This document shows, piece after piece, positions 12,815-26,139 of a stretch of DNA of 64,000 bases; positions within the stretch are counted from its first letter, which is position 1, and each line of letters begins with the position of its first letter. The DNA lies in NCBI GenBank assembly GCA_035221665.1, contig CM069140.1, forward strand, positions 69,254,001 through 69,318,000, in the 5' to 3' direction. A program made the position numbers and the translations under genes. Below the pieces are notes generated by a model. That model did not search any database. It worked only from the letters and a program-made list of their open reading frames with translations, and was not told where the DNA came from. The DNA is from Okamejei kenojei (Eukaryota).

Positions 12815-14909
12815 GTAAGTTGATTTAATTGAGTAATTTAGTCGGCACATCAGTGTAAACATGTTTCAGGAAAAAAACACGCAAGTGCAATACAGGAAAG
12901 TCAATAAAAAACATGTTAATACTTTTCTAAATATTTGTAACATTCTTTTAAAGAAATGGGGACCTTAATTTAGAGTCGCCATAATTTTTTTTTTACTGTT
13001 GTTCAGATCAGCTTTTTTAGCAGGTATGATGGTAGGGGCTTGCCCATTGACATCTGTCATCTTTGGGCAGTTTGACTCTGATCTATTAATTTCTTTCCAA
13101 TGCAAAATTCCAAACTATTGATCGAAACAAAAAATAAATTGTCCCCGTTGTTTTCCAAATAGTAGTGTAGACAAAGTTGGCTTCCCACATTTCATTATCC
13201 CTTTGCAAGGTTGTTTGAATTTTACCTGCTATAATATTTTTTATTTATTTGACTATTAACTTTAAACTATTTCAAAAACCTAAATAATATAAGCCCAAGG
13301 TGTAGCTTTGTTTAGTAATAATAATGCTTTCTCCTTGAACATGTAAAATATACATGAGAGAATCCAATCCTTCGCCCTATTTATTGATCTCAAGGCTAGG
13401 TCCAAGATTTTCTGATGTTCAAAACAGAATGAAGAGATCTTCAGGGACGACAGTTTAGATTCATGGATGTTTTTGGATAGTATACTTGTGAGGCATTCTT
13501 TGGAGAGTGAGCATCTGTCATTGGATTCTGGAGCCAATACAGATTAATACACTACATTGCCAGGTGCAAGGTTTTAAAATGATAAGGTTTTGGAGACAAA
13601 ATTATTCACTCAACTGAATTATTAAAATTTAAAGTTAAAAATATGTAGTTAATGAAAAATAAAAACCCAATTTATATATCATCTTATTACTCGGAATGTT
13701 TAAACACAATTTGTATCTACAAAGGTGCTTTGAAATGTGCTTTCTGTGCATGCAAATTTTTATTTTGCAAACAAAGATTTCGATCATTTTTTTATTTTGC
13801 TAACAAAGATGTAATGAGATAATAATTGAGTGGTCAATTTGTTTTTGTTGGTGTTCAAGAGAAAATAGCGTTATCAAAGTGATAAGTAGATCACTTTTTT
13901 AAAATTAGTCGTTTTAGGATCTGTAAATGTCTGCGCAAAATTGGTACAGCACAAAGTATATGTCTAGACGATGTCCACAACCAAGACTGGAAAATGCAAC
14001 TTTATGACTTCAAGAAACAAAAATGCTACCAACTTAGCCAAATTGAGTAGGTGCTCTTCCAGATGTTTGTGAGACTATAATAAACTTCATTCTCTGCCTC
14101 GCAGTGAGAGATGCTGAAATTGGGTGCCAAAAGTAGAAAAAGTGACCTTTCGTTATTCAGCCTCACTTTATGGAGACATAAACAAATATAGCAGATCTAT
14201 GTTCAAGCGAGCAGCTTCACCTAAGTACATTTTAAATGGCTTCAGTACTAAAAGGACATAAGTTTTCTTGGTTTGACATTGAATTGCAGACATTTGACTT
14301 TCATTTGTTGGTAAGTAGTTATTTGGAGATCAAGAAGTAAAAGAGTTCACAAATAAAAATAAGACCATATTATACAAGACACCATTTTGCATCAAATGCT
14401 CTGCATTGTCTACATTATAAAATAAATTCAGTTGATAAGGAACATTTTTAACATTATTCAGAAGTTCTCAGATGACATACATGGACATACACACATATTT
14501 TACTTTTATCAGTTTGCTAATTTTGCAACAATGCATCACAGCAATAATCTCATGAATGCATGCACGTGCACACACATACCTCTGCATGCAAACAATTTGA
14601 ATCAGGTGCAGGTTAATTTATTCAACAACTATATGTCTATGTTCTTTGTATGTGGATTTAATTTGATTAAACCAATGTTGGAAACGTTCCTATTGATGCA
14701 AAATTGTACGCACAAGAGAAGGGTTCTCGGAAAGGAAAGTTAAGGCAGACACGTTGCCCACAATCTTTTGGGCAGTTTGCCCAAAGGACTGGTGTGGAAT
14801 CACAGAAGTAAAAGACTGGTTCTTTTAGCTGCACTCATGTAAGAGCCACAAAGTAAGGTCCCAGACAGTGACCATGTTATTCCAGTGCAGGATATCTGCC
14901 TTTGTTTCC

Positions 14910-15212
14910 AGTTTTTAGACTTTTTAGGCTTTAGAGAGCGAGAGAGAGCGCAGGAATACGGCCTTTGGCTCACCAAGTATCTCCGTACACTAGCACTATC
15001 CTACACACTAGGGACAATTTACAATTTTACCGAAGCCAATTAACCTACAAACCTGCACGTCTTTGGAGTGAGGGAGGAAACTGGAGAACCCAAAGAAAGC
15101 CCACATGGTCACTGGGAGAATGTACAAGCTTCGTACAAACACCACGCGTAGTAAAGATCAAATCCAGATCTCTGGTGCTGTAAGGCGTCAACTGTATGGC
15201 TGCACCACTGTA
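14910..15212 (-). mobile_element. V-SINE (HE1-like)
   Basis: Reverse complement of the SINE at 10165 (ctacacactagggacaatttaca...gaggaaactggagaaccc...gtcactgggagaatgtacaagct). Confidence 0.85.
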
Positions 15213-15759
15213 GTGCTCGTTATAGCCCTTCTTTAGATTTCTTTAAAGTGAGATGATGCACACCTGAACACGAAGGGCTGTATCTCTACCCTTTCCAGAC
15301 AACAGCGGATGGGAACATGCAGAAAGCAGCCAGTAAAACTATGTAATAGACTATGTTTTCAGATTTTTGAGCCTTTCGGTAAACATGGAAAATTTCCAAA
15401 TAGAACCTTCCTCACAACATCAACTCAATAAGAGTCGTGATCCAGACAGGTCCAGAATTAGACTCCTTGCCAACTAAATAGTTACTTGCCATTCAAAAAA
15501 CAGATGGCATCTTAGCTGTCATTTTTGCAGAAATACTGGAAAACTTGTCTTGGATATTGGGCTGATGTGGCATTTATGACTATCCTTTCCTTGTAAATAA
15601 CTACCTTATACCTAACCTCTCCAAGAAACCTGAAAATTAGTTTACTAAGCTACCTGTCCCAATATCAGTAGTTATTGATCAAAATTTCTGTTAAGATCAT
15701 CCAAGAATGCAATACAACAAGTACTGTCTCTTCTGCGTCTTCCTTGATCTCCATCTGGT

Positions 15760-16122
15760 CATATTCTTAAGGACAAGCTAGATGCAGGAAGATTATTCCC
15801 GATGTTGGGGGAGTCCAGAACAAGGGGTCACAGTCTGAGGATAAGGGGGAATTCCTTTAGGACCGAGATGAGGAAAACATTCTTTACACAGAGAGTGGTG
15901 AGTCTCTGGAATTCTCTGCCACAGAAGGTCGTTGAGGCCAGTTCATTGGCTATATTCAAGAGGGAGTTGGATGTGGCTCTTGTGGCTAAAGGGATCAGGG
16001 GGTATGGAGAGAAGGCAGGTACGGGATACTGAGTTGGATGATCAGCCATGATCATATTGAATGGCGGTGCAGGCTTGAAGGGCCGAATGGCCTACTCCTG
16101 CACCTATTTTTCTATGTTTCTA
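15760..16122 (+). mobile_element. Young CR1 LINE (family A) 3' end
   Basis: MLGESRTRGHSLRIRG...FFTQRVVSLWNSLPQKVVEASS, 3' UTR gggccgaatggcctactcctgcacctatttttctatgtttcta. Confidence 0.92.
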
Positions 16123-17462
16123 TATATAATAGGTATCTTGTTTGATGCTAAGGGTGCTGAATGTGTGGAATAATCACTCCCTCTAAACCTTTCCAATCTG
16201 ACCACATGTCCCAATGTCTTTTAAATGTTGATATAGTACTTATCTCAACCACTTCCTCTGACAGCTTGTTCCATATACGTACCATCTACTCCATGAAAAA
16301 GCAGCCCCGTTGGATTCCTTTTAAATCTTACCCCAATCATTCACGGTCTCAAAATGTAAGACCACTCAGTCAAGAGTCGAGCAGATTGAATCATATTTTT
16401 GCAGCCATGCACCTTTCTGTGCTGCTTCTGTACCCTTCATTGTATAATACATTGTTTTCAGCTTCTAATTTTTGTCTGCAATACTTCAAAAATATTATCT
16501 ATAATCATGGGTGATTTCCAACTTGACACCATCACCTACTTTCTACTGTTTTACTGTTTGTTTTCAGGAAGTGCAATCAGTTGTGGTTTTATATCATACA
16601 TACCAAATTGACGCTGTGATGAGCTGAAACACCTTGCAGTTAAATATTATTGAGGCTGCATTGCTCAGTTTTCGGCATTATCTAGAGGATGACTTTTATC
16701 AATTTGCTTGCTCTCACTCAGGCTGAACTTGCCTTGCTTATAATGTGTACTTAACACTGTCAAGGTTAATGCATGAAGAATAACCATTTGAGTTAGGCTA
16801 TTGGATTGGCACCATGAAACTGTCAAAGAACATCAATGGAAAGGACAGAAAATATTAAGCACATTTTAAAAAATCTGTTTGATGTGACAAATTGAGAGAA
16901 GGATTATAGAAGTATTTCCTTTTGAAAAATTGTGAATTAACATATCAACAGAGGTTATTGCTTACTCTTTGATTCTCCCCTTTTGATTGAAATTTGCACT
17001 ACTAGGTTAGGAACCCAAGCATATTGTGATTGATGACATTTAACACAAAATGGATCCAGAAGTATCTTAATCCAACATACTGATGCCATTGCAGCAATGC
17101 CCTTAATAATTAATAAACACATTGGACAACAGACACAATATGAAAACTTAGCAATACACATTTTAGTGCAATTTCAAGTTTGAAATGAAATTGAATTAAT
17201 ATTAAGGATCAGTGATTTGTTTTTGCAACAACTTTCCAATGTAATACTTACATTTTAAAAAGAAATATCCACAGTTTTGAAAATAAAATAATTCTCTGGG
17301 GCCAAGATCAAGAGCAACATTTATTGCTAATTCTTAATTGGACTTGAGGTGAGGCTTTGCTTCAGTTCAACTAGGTAATAATCAGTGCAGTGAGTCTGTG
17401 TCAATTGAAGAACAATGACATTCTGCTCAAACGAGGACAGTGCTAGACAAGTATACCATGCC

Positions 17463-18120
17463 AACTATTTGCCTTACCATCGTGGGGCTGGCCGGCCTCG
17501 GAGCGTGGGGAGCGGTGGTGGATCGCCACTGCGGCCCGACTCCGGGGCTCCAGCTTCAGCTCCAGCTGCGGCTCGACTCCGGAGCTCCAGCTGCGGCCCG
17601 ACTCCGGAGCTCCAGCTCCAGCTTGCAGTCGGTGGACTGTCGGGATATCGGGTGCTCGCGGGTCCGGGTGGGAGACCGCTCTCCAGAGCTCCCGCAACAC
17701 AATTTCTCCAGCCCGTGTCGCGGGGTTGGAGCGACCCGGAGCGGGGCCGTACATCGCCCCGCACGGCTTTAATGGCCGCGGGACATTCCAGCGCCCGCCG
17801 GGGCTCCAACTTTGTGACTTTTGGGCCTAGAGCGGGGCCGTACATCGCCCGGCGCGGCCTCAATGGCCGTGGGACTTAACACCGCCCGCCGGGGGCTTCG
17901 ACATCGGGAGAGAAATGGTGCGGGGGAGAGAGAAGAACTTTGTCTTCCATCACAGTGAGGAGGAGAGTCACTGTGATGGATGTTTGTGTGAATTGAATTG
18001 TTTGTGTGTTTTTTTAATGAATTGCTCTGTTTGTATGGCTTGTAGAAACAGAATTTCGTTTGAGCCTCTCTGAGGTTCAAATGACAAGTAATAAAATCTA
18101 TCTAAATCTATCTATCTATG
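17463..18120 (+). mobile_element. CpG-rich non-autonomous retroelement with Rex1/Babar-like tail
   Basis: Abrupt GC/CpG-rich block with internal tandem repeats, ending in aatttcgtt...aatgacaagtaataaa(tcta)n. Confidence 0.6.
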
Positions 18121-18129
18121 CCTAGCAAA

Positions 18130-18360
18130 CAACTCCCCACCCCTCACTTATGCCGACCTATTATCTGCCACGCTTTGTCCTGCTTCTCCCCCTTTCCGGC
18201 TTTCTTCTTTACCCTCAAGAATCAGTCTGAAGAAGAGTCTCGACCGGAAACATCACCAATCCGTGTTCTCCATAGATGCTACCTGACCCGCTGAGTTACT
18301 CCAGCACTTTGCGTCCTTTTGTGTATTAACCAGCACCTGCAATTCTTTGTTTCTACCTTT
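18130..18360 (+). mobile_element. Penelope-like terminal repeat with hammerhead-like motif
   Basis: cagtCTGAAGAagagtctcgaccgGAAACATCacc...gatgctacctgacccgctgagttactccagca. Confidence 0.65.
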
Positions 18361-20619
18361 ATTACAGGTTGTGGTGGCCGAGGGTTTGGGGAATACTGTC
18401 AGAGAAGCATTGCCAAGTTGGTGCAGTACATCTCATAGTGCATACTGCAGCCTTGTTTCTCTGCTGATGGGGGAAATTCATTTTCAAGATTATAAAATTG
18501 CCAGTCGAGTGAGATGCCTTGTTCTGAGTGTTGAGTTTCTTGTGTCTTGTGGATCTGCTCCCATCCAAGCGTGTGTACATCTTTAAGATCCTTTTCCTGG
18601 ATAGTGTTGAGTTTCTGGATCCATGTTGGAACCCCTCCCATCCAGGCAAGTAGACATCCTTGAGAGGCTTTGCAGATGGTGGAAAGGCTTTCCAGAGACA
18701 GGACATGACTAACCCACGACAGAATACCAAACCTGGCATCTGCTACAATAAGTAACTGGTTGACTTTCCATTTGTAATGGGGGAGAAGTATGAGCAATAA
18801 TAATACAAATAGTCGTATGTGTAAGGGGTGATTATACATTCTTTGGAATGGTCAGTGCCTGGGACTTGCATGGTGTGAAGATAACTTGCTGCTTTTCAGC
18901 CAGAGCTTGGTTGTTGTCCATGCCTTGTTGAGTTCCGCATGGGCTTTTCATTATCCACAGCTTTAAAATGTTTCCCTGGTCTTTTTAATTTGGCAAAATC
19001 CAGTTGTTTTTTTCGTTATAAGACTGCATAATGTCGACCTTCATTAAAGTGTGTCTAAAACCATTAAACCACTGAGCACTGATTCTTCACACCAGACGTT
19101 TGGCTGCATGACAAAACCTGCTGAAACACCAGTGTTGTTTGTTTTCTTCAGCAAAGCATTTATCAGTAAATCAAAGGTGAACTTTCCAGTTGTATTTTAA
19201 AGAGATAAAAGTGTATTTCCACCATAAAACATCATACTATAGAAACAATTATTTTATAAGTTACCTGTATAAAGATTTAATGATTCTTTTTAAACCCCAG
19301 TTTTATCTGAGAAGTACTACTTTGCTAAACTCATAAACTTGTGTTCCAGACTGGTTGGAAGGAGCTGGAACCATTTCAGCGTCGTCTTAGAATGAATAAC
19401 AGATTTGTCTGAGTCAAAATTTATATTAAATGGATTATATTTCAGACACGCAATCTAGTTATGTAAAATGCTTACACAAACAAATGTCTGCTTTGCACAT
19501 GCTGTGTATGAGCTAAGTAAATGTTACCACTTAAAACAAATTAATCTTTATACGCCGTACTCTTTAAACTGCAAACTGCTATGCACGGAGCACAGAAAAT
19601 AATAGCATAAAATTAATATTCTTCCATGGGAAAGAAATAATTTTCCTTGCAAATTATTAAAATAATGTTCTTTATAAAATCATGAAAATGGTCATTGTGA
19701 CAATGACTTAAATGAATATTTAATGATTTTCCCCAATGCCTTGTGACTTGCGCAAAAGAACGATGAAACATACATTTTAATTGAGAAGGGCATGACTGCA
19801 GTTTGTTAGGACAGTCAAAATGTGTAGGAAGGAACTGCAGGTGCTGGTTTATACCAAGGATAGACACAAAGTGGGGGAGTAACTTAACTGGTCAGGCAGC
19901 ATCTCTGGAGAAAAAGGAAGAGAGATGTTTCGGGTCAGAACCCTTCAGTACTGCGGTAACATAGAATGATAGTTACAGGAGACTTCCTTCTGCTGTGTTA
20001 AATTGCAGAGCTATCACTTTGAGTAGGTTTAAAGTTGCAAACATATTCCTGTGAAGCAAAAGAGCGTAGCTACTGTGGAAAACTGTATTTGTCGCATGAG
20101 CCATTGAAGCCAGGTAAACAGTAATGTGACCAGATATTGGATCAGGTAGCATCTGCGTTTTAGGTGCAGAGCCCACAGATTTTGATTTTACCCAGAGTTG
20201 ATCAACGCATTGATCATTCTGTGTCAAATCATGCCAGCCATGAAATTTGACATAACAGTTCCATATGCAGTCCACATTACAATCCTGAATTCTAGAGTCG
20301 GGTGACACCCAATGATATTGAGTCACATAATGGAATATTTTACAGGAATGCATCACTTTCATAAATGGGGCAACGCTGTACCATTTGGCAGAATTAATAA
20401 GGAGAGTGATGTCAATTAAACAGCGCAGTTCTAAAATAAATGCGCGAGCAGAGGTGCCTCAGTGTAAGGTTGTATCACATCCCATTCTCCTGCTTTACAT
20501 TTCACTCCTCTGCTTTTCTTATCTGACATCCTTTTGTTTCCTTTATCACCTCTGGCCTTTTTCACTTTCTCCACCCACCTGCTAATCACACCCCTTCGCC
20601 AGTATCCACCTATCACTTG

Positions 20620-20764
20620 TGTAGGAAAGAACTGCAGATGCTGGTTTAAATCGAAGCTCAGTCTGTGGAAGGGGCTCGACCCAAAAAGTCACCCATTCCT
20701 TCACTCCAGAGATGCTGCCTATCCCGCAGCATCAAGCATTTACTCCAGCATTTTGTGCCCACCT
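20620..20764. mobile_element. Penelope-like inverted unit nested in an older copy (about 20585-20910)
   Basis: Flanked by the 15-bp direct repeat tccacctatcacttg (20605-20619, 20765-20779). Confidence 0.7.
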
Positions 20765-21654
20765 TCCACCTATCACTTGCCAGGCTTTGTCCTACCCCTA
20801 TCTCTCCTTTCCATCTTCAGCCCCCTGCTCCATTAGTGTGAAGAAAAGTGTTACCCATTTCCCTCCAATGATACTGCCTGACCTGATGAGTTACTCCAGC
20901 ATATATATTTTTGGACAATTGGCTTATTTACCTCTTTCTGTGTCATAGCGATTCAATATCAGGCTTATATGCTTATTTTATCTGTGAGCCCAATGCACGA
21001 TTTTGACACCAATCTGTCCATAATTTATATTACTAATTTTGTTTGCAGCTGTACTTCTCACTGAACAATGAATTGTTATCCTATTCAGTCATCTTGTTAT
21101 AATGTGGTTAAAACTGATGATCATGCCATATCTGTAGTTTAAAATTGAGCATTGTTTACCGACATTTTATGCCAATAATGTTAGCTTTAGCAAAGCAGTT
21201 CAAAAGGTTTACTCTGATGGCAGATATAATGGCAATCCAGTTGAGCAGAAAAGTAATCTCGTTAATCTACACAAAGTAACAAATATCTGTTTTTTATATA
21301 ATGCATCAGAAGGGCCAAGCATAAAAAGGATTCAGCATCTATAACAATGCTGCCAAAAGGTTATTTCATACATTAAATCAGAAATCTAGACTTTGCAAAA
21401 TCTAGTATTGTTGCCAAGAAATTGTTTTCTTCCAGAAAGATAAAAAATCATTAAAATAGTAACAGTAGTGGTATTGTTTAAGCTATGAAAAAAAAACTAT
21501 TAAAGTCACATATCTGATTATTTTATGGCTTCATTACGCAGGCCTGGAGAGAGAAATATTTTCATGACCAATGTCAATGACTTATATTTCTGTATTATCT
21601 GTAATATATGAATTATCAATAAGCATCGCTACAGTGGCTAAGATAGATGTCATG

Positions 21655-22240
21655 TGACTGTCATACAGCATGCAAACAGGCCCTTGGCCCAACTCATCCA
21701 TGCCAACCAAGGTGCCACAACTAGTCCCATTTACCTGTGTTTGGCGCATTTCCCCATTAACCGATCCTATTCATGTACCTATCCAAATACATTTTAAATG
21801 TTACAGTACCTACATCAACTAGTTATGTTGATAGCTCATTCTATATACCTACAACTTCCAGTACAAAAAAAAGTTGCCCAATTCCTATTAAATCTTTCCT
21901 CTCTTAGCTTAAACCTAGGCCCACTAATTCTTTATTCCCCAATTCTAGGAAAAAGTTGATGTGCATTTGTTCTACCTGTTGCCGTCACTGTGGTATGCAG
22001 CTCTAAGATCACTCAGCCTCCTGCACCCCACACAATAACATACTAACTAGCCTGTCCAAACTCTACGTGTAGCTCAGGCCCTCGATTCCTGGCCATATCC
22101 TCGTAAATGTTCTCTTCACTCTTTCCAGCTTAATGACATCTTTACCGTAGCAGGGTGACCAAAACTAAACACAGTACTTCAACTGCATCCTTGCTAATGT
22201 CTTGTACAACTGTAACATAATGTCCCAACTTCTATACTTA
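21655..22240 (-). mobile_element. Older CR1 LINE (family B) 3' fragment
   Basis: Tail gtcatacagcatgcaaacaggccct, with colinear similarity to 7460-7925. Confidence 0.8.
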
Positions 22241-22242
22241 TT

Positions 22243-22398
22243 CATGTGGGAAGGAACTGCAGATGCTGTTTTAAAGATAGACACAAATTGCTGGAGTTGC
22301 TCCGTGGGGCAGGCAGCATCTCTGGAGAATTGCCACCCATTTTTTCTCTCCAGATATGCTGCCCGTCCCGCTGACTTACTCCAGCATTTTGTTTCTAT
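22243..22398. mobile_element. Penelope-like inverted unit with target-site duplication
   Basis: Arms tgctggagttgctccgtggggcaggcagcatc and atgctgcccgtcccgctgacttactccagca. Flanked by 14-bp cttctatacttatt (22229-22242, 22399-22412). Confidence 0.72.
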
Positions 22399-22414
22399 CT
22401 TCTATACTTATTAT

Positions 22415-24077
22415 AAACAATAGGTGCAGCAGTAGGAACATTCAGCCCTTCGAGCCAGCACCGCTATTCACTGTGATCATCCGCAATCAGTATCCCATTT
22501 CTGCCTTCCCATATCCCTTGACTCCCCTATCTTTAAGAGTTCTATCTAACTCTCTCCTGAAAGCATCCAGAGAATCAGCCTTCACTACCTTTTGAGGCAG
22601 AGAATTCCACAGTCACAACTCTCTGGTTGAAAAAGTATTTCCTCATCTCTGTTCTAAATTGCCTACCCCTTATTCTTAAACTGTAGCCCCTAGTTCTGCA
22701 CTCCCCCAACATCGGGAAGATGTTTCCTGACTCTAGCGTGTCCAATCCCTTAATAATCTTATGTTTCAATAAGATGCCCTCTCATCCTTCTAAATTCCAG
22801 TGTGTACAAGCCCAGTCGCTCCATTCTTTCAACATATGACAGTCCAGCCATCCTGGGAATTATCCTTGTGAACCTACGCGGCACTTCCTCAATAGCTAGA
22901 ATGTCCTTCCTCAAATTTGGAGACCAAAACTGCACACAATACTCCAGGTGTGGTCTCACCAGAACCCTGTACAACTGCAGAAGGACCTCTTTGCTCCTAT
23001 GCTCAACTCCTCTTGTTATGAAGTCCAACATGCCATTAGCTTTCTTCACTGTCTGCTGTAGCTGCATGCTTACTTTCAGTAGCTGATGTACAAGGACACC
23101 CAGATCTCATAGCACTTCCCCTTTTCCTAACTTGGCACCATTCAGATAATAATCGGCCTTCCTGTTAGTGCCACCAAAGTGGATAACCTCACATTTATCG
23201 ATATTAAATTGCCATGCATCTGCCCACTCACCCAATCTGTCCAAGTCACCCTGCATCCTCATAGCATCTTCCTCACATTTCACACTGCCACCCAGCTCAG
23301 TGTCATCTGCAAATTTGCTAATGTTACTTTTAATCTCTTCATCTAAACTAAATCATGAATGTATATAGTAAATAGCTGCAGTCCCAGCACCAAGCCTTGT
23401 GGTAACCTACTTGTTACAGCCTGCCATTCTGAAAGGGACTCGTTAATCCCTACTCTTTGTTTCCTGTCTGCCAACCAATTTTCTATCCATGTCAATACCC
23501 ACCCCCTATACCATGTGTTCTAATTTTGCCCACTAATCTCCCATGTGGGACCTTATCAAAGTATTTCTGAAAGTCCAGGCTCACTACATTCACTGACTCT
23601 TCCTTGCCATTTTCCTAGTTACATCCCCAAAGAATTCCAGAAGATTAGTCAAGTATGATTTCCCCTTCGTAAATCCAAGATGACTCTGACCGATCCTATT
23701 ACTGGTATCCAAATGTGCCGCTATTTCCTTTTTTAATAATTGACTCCAGCATCTTCCCCACCACTGATGTCAGGCTAATGTCTACAATTCCCTGTTTTCT
23801 CTCTCCCTCCTTTCTTAAAAAGTGGAATAATATTAGCTACCCTCCAATCCACAGGAACTGATCCTGAAACTATAGAACATTGGAAAATGATCACCAATGC
23901 GTCCACAATTTCTAGAGCCACCTCCTTAAATACCCTGTGATGCAGACCATCAGGCCGTGGGGATGTATCAGCCTTCAGTCCCATCAGTCTACCCAACACC
24001 ATTTCCTGCCTAATGTGAATTTCCTTCAGTTCCTCCGTCACCCTAGGTCCTCTGGCCACTTGTACATCTGGGAGATT
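22415..24077 (-). mobile_element. CR1 LINE (family A) 3' 1.7 kb including decayed RT domain
   Basis: Minus ORFs LKADTSPRPDGLHHRVFKEVALEIVDALVIIFQ..VPVDWRVANIIPLFKKGGREK and [15 protein letters not shown]. tcagtgtcatctgcaaa is the reverse complement of FADDT. Frameshifts and stops present. Confidence 0.93.
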
Positions 24078-24314
24078 TTTTGGGCATAATTTTGCAAGGA
24101 GTCCTGGTAAAACTCAAATTAAATTGGGCCAGGACTTTCAGTGAAGGATAAGGCCCTGGGGAGTGTTGTGGACTGAAGGGATCGAGGAAAACAAGTACAT
24201 AGTTCCCTGAAAGTTGTGTAGCAGGTTGATAGAGCGGTCTAGTAGACTTTCAGTACTTGGCCTTTCATCAGTCAAGGAATTTTGTACTTGGGCCTTCATC
24301 AGTCTGGGAATGTG

Positions 24315-25086
24315 CAGGTAGACTGGGAGAATCGGGTTGGTACTGGACCCCAAGAAAGGGTGTTTGTGGAGTGCCTCCAAGATGGATTCTTAGAGCAGCT
24401 TGTACTGGAGCCTACCAGGGAGAAGGCAATTCTGGATTTAGTGTTGTGTAATGAACCTTATCAGATTTGATAAGGGAACGCAAGGTAAAGGAGCCATTAG
24501 GAGGTAGTGACCATAATATGATAAGTTTTAATCTACAATTTGAGAGGGAGAAGGGAAAATCGGAAGTGTCAGTATTACAGTTGAGCAAAGGGGACAATGG
24601 AGCCATGAGGGAGGAGCTGGCCAAAGTTGACTGAAAGTAGACCCTAGCAAGGATTATAGTGGAACAACAATGGCAGGCATTTCTGGGAATAATACAAAGA
24701 TGCAGGATCAGTTCATTCCAAAGAGGAGTAAGGGGTGACCGTGGCTGACAAGGGAAGTCAAGGGCTGTATAAAAATAAAAGAGAAGAAGTATAATATAGC
24801 AAAGATGAGTGGGAAGCCAAAGGATTGGGAAACTTTTAAAGAGCTTCAGAAGATAACTAAAAAAGCAATACGGGGTGAAAAGATGAGGTACGAAGGTAAA
24901 CTAGCCAAGAATATAAAGGAGGATTGTAAAAGCTTCTTTAGGTATGTGAAGAAGAAAAAAATAGTGAAGACAAATGTGGGTGCCTTGAAGACAGAAACAG
25001 GTGAATTTATTATGGGGAACAAGGAAATGACAGACGAGTTGATCAGATACTTTGAATCTGTCTTCACTAAGGAAGACACAAACCTT
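24315..25086 (+). mobile_element. CR1 LINE (family A) upstream segment in opposite orientation
   Basis: FVECLQDGFLEQLVLEPTREKAILDLVLCNEP, GGSDHNMI and KLAKNIKEDCKSFFRYVKKK...YFESVFTKED, i.e. endonuclease C-terminus and linker. Confidence 0.92.
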
Positions 25087-26139
25087 TTGTCCAGCCAAAA
25101 CTGGCATCAAGAAGAGTGGGCATTAATGTCAATCAAGGGGAAAACTCTGCTGCCTGAATCATATTTCATACAAAGGAAGATGGTTATGGATTTTGGGGGC
25201 CAATCATTTTGGTCCCAAGACATAATTGATGGGCGATCTGCAGCCCATCTCCTTTCCTGCTTCACTGTTGACAATCCTTTCATCATTATGTCAGATGTGC
25301 CTGTAAGCAAATTGGGGTGCTTTATAATCAACATGTTCTTTATAATGTTTTTATCTAAGTTGAAGCTGAAACTAATTGTCCTAGATTTATCATGTTTTCG
25401 TAAGTTTGAAGTTTAAGTTTGCAGGCAGTTTAGTATTGTTAATGACAGGAAATGTGTATATACATAAAAACCCTGTAATTACACTACCATATTTCCATCG
25501 TGTGTCATTATGGAAAAATGTGGTGCTGTAATTCAAAATTAGTTATCACGCTGTGTTTAAAATTGTTTTGTTTTTCCACATTGATGCGTAAACCTCCAAT
25601 TTCAGGGGCAGCATGGATTGTGAATTACCTTCTCATCCTCAAAGGCAATTGGTTCCCCATTTTCTTGGAAGACACATGCACCAGTTCTGCTGAATTTCTA
25701 ATTTACATTTATGATCTCCAAGCAGGCCAATTAAACTTTCCAGATATTTAAACAAATGACCGTCCAGTTTCGAAAAAACAAATTACAATATTGCTATTAT
25801 CATATCAAAATTATGAATATTAAATAGCATGGGGATGCAAATAGGACTGCCTGAGCAATCAAATGTGCATGATACAATTAGTACTTCCCTAAAATAATAA
25901 TTTAATCATTCCAATTTAAATGCCAAAGTAATGCTTTAATCCTGAAACATGGAATTTGGCCTTCATTCTTGTGCTCATGATTCTCAAATGAACAATCTAT
26001 TTTCAAATCTATCACATGGTTGTGAACAAAAAAATATTCCAGAATTTAGAACACTCAGCAAAGCTCAGAATGGCTCTTTAGGTCCACAATATTTATGCCG
26101 AACATGATGCCAAGTTTAAGTGGGTGCAAATGTGGTAAA

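Noticed and set aside
17415-18080. Cluster of overlapping 100-150 aa ORFs, or a possible alternative CpG-island promoter
   Set aside because: The ORFs arise from stop-poor GC-rich tandem repeats inside a retroelement. There is no protein similarity and no evidence of a transcription start.
24805-25416. 203-aa ORF
   Set aside because: The first half is a CR1 ORF fragment and the rest is read-through into unrelated intron.
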